Below, piece after piece: positions 30,616 to 30,775 of a stretch of DNA of 30,775 bases; the stretch's first letter is position 1; each line of letters starts with the position of its first letter. Position numbers and translations under genes: made by a program. The DNA is taken from NCBI GenBank assembly GCA_017631705.1, contig JAGBSU010000190.1, forward strand, positions 1 to 30,775. Direction: 5' to 3'. The notes under the pieces were generated by a model, which saw only the letters and a list, made by a program, of their open reading frames with translations, had not been told where the DNA came from and made no database searches. Source of the DNA: Clostridia bacterium (lineage in GTDB: Bacteria > Bacillota > Clostridia > Oscillospirales > Acutalibacteraceae).

Positions 30616-30627
30616 CTCCACTTGAGT

Positions 30628-30673
30628 ACAAGAGAAAAGCACCTAACCAAACGGTTAAGTGCTTTTCTCTTGT
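30628..30673. terminator. Strong hairpin terminator downstream of the 5S-like RNA
   Basis: Perfect 15-bp stem ACAAGAGAAAAGCAC/GTGCTTTTCTCTTGT plus an inner TAACC/GGTTA pair. Confidence 0.8.
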
Positions 30674-30674
30674 G

Positions 30675-30775
30675 TTGGCGCCTTCTTATCTTCCCGGGCC
30701 GCTACCAGCCAAGTATTGTCAGCCGGGGTGAGGCTTCAACTGCCGTGTGAGGGATGAGCAACGCTTGCGACCGCC
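30675..30775 (-). rRNA. rrf: 5S rRNA-like sequence, divergent, 5' end outside window
   Basis: Minus strand reads GGCGGUCGCAAGCGUUGCUCAUCCCUCACACGGCAGUUGAAGCCUCACCCCGGCUGACAAUACUUGGCUGGUAGCGGCCCGGGAAGAUAAGAAGGCGCCAA. ACACGGCAGUU, loop E (GACAAUAC/GGAAGAUA), helix IV GGCUG/CGGCC and the 3' GCCAA end fit clostridial 5S, and a terminator follows. The CCGAAC of loop C is absent. Confidence 0.75.

Noticed and set aside
30450-30650. 66-aa ORF as an intact small gene
   Set aside because: Its start lies inside the terminator hairpin with no RBS, and only its second half is protein-like. It is better explained as the frameshifted hydrolase remnant.

Overview
This 30.8-kb window looks like core chromosome from a spore-forming Clostridia-class Firmicute; an Oscillospiraceae/Ruminococcaceae-like organism is inferred from protein style only. 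Left to right it holds: a TtcA-family gene (runs off the edge, missing from the ORF track), ftsZ, ftsQ/divIB, citrate synthase, spoIID, a DUF2238-like membrane protein, pyruvate:ferredoxin oxidoreductase, an AraC regulator, a Zn-type ABC transporter, holB-ricT-rmuC, a minus-strand run (DEAD helicase-lepA-guaB-D-aspartate-ligase-like gene-THF riboswitch-folT), a BofC-like protein, PBP1A, thrR-like ACT gene-hom-aspartokinase and hemW. I found no IS element, prophage, CRISPR array or tRNA, and no clearly new multi-gene system. The most unusual items are: (1) a strongly divergent 5S rRNA-like sequence at the right edge, with a conserved 3' domain but an altered loop C; (2) a frameshifted alpha/beta-hydrolase remnant beside it; (3) an operon-internal THF riboswitch with an RBS-sequestering hairpin; (4) a D-aspartate-ligase-like gene in a clostridial genome; and (5) citrate synthase apparently co-transcribed with ftsQ, followed by an ftsZ with a non-canonical tail and no ftsA. 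All family assignments come from motif recognition by eye; no searches were run.
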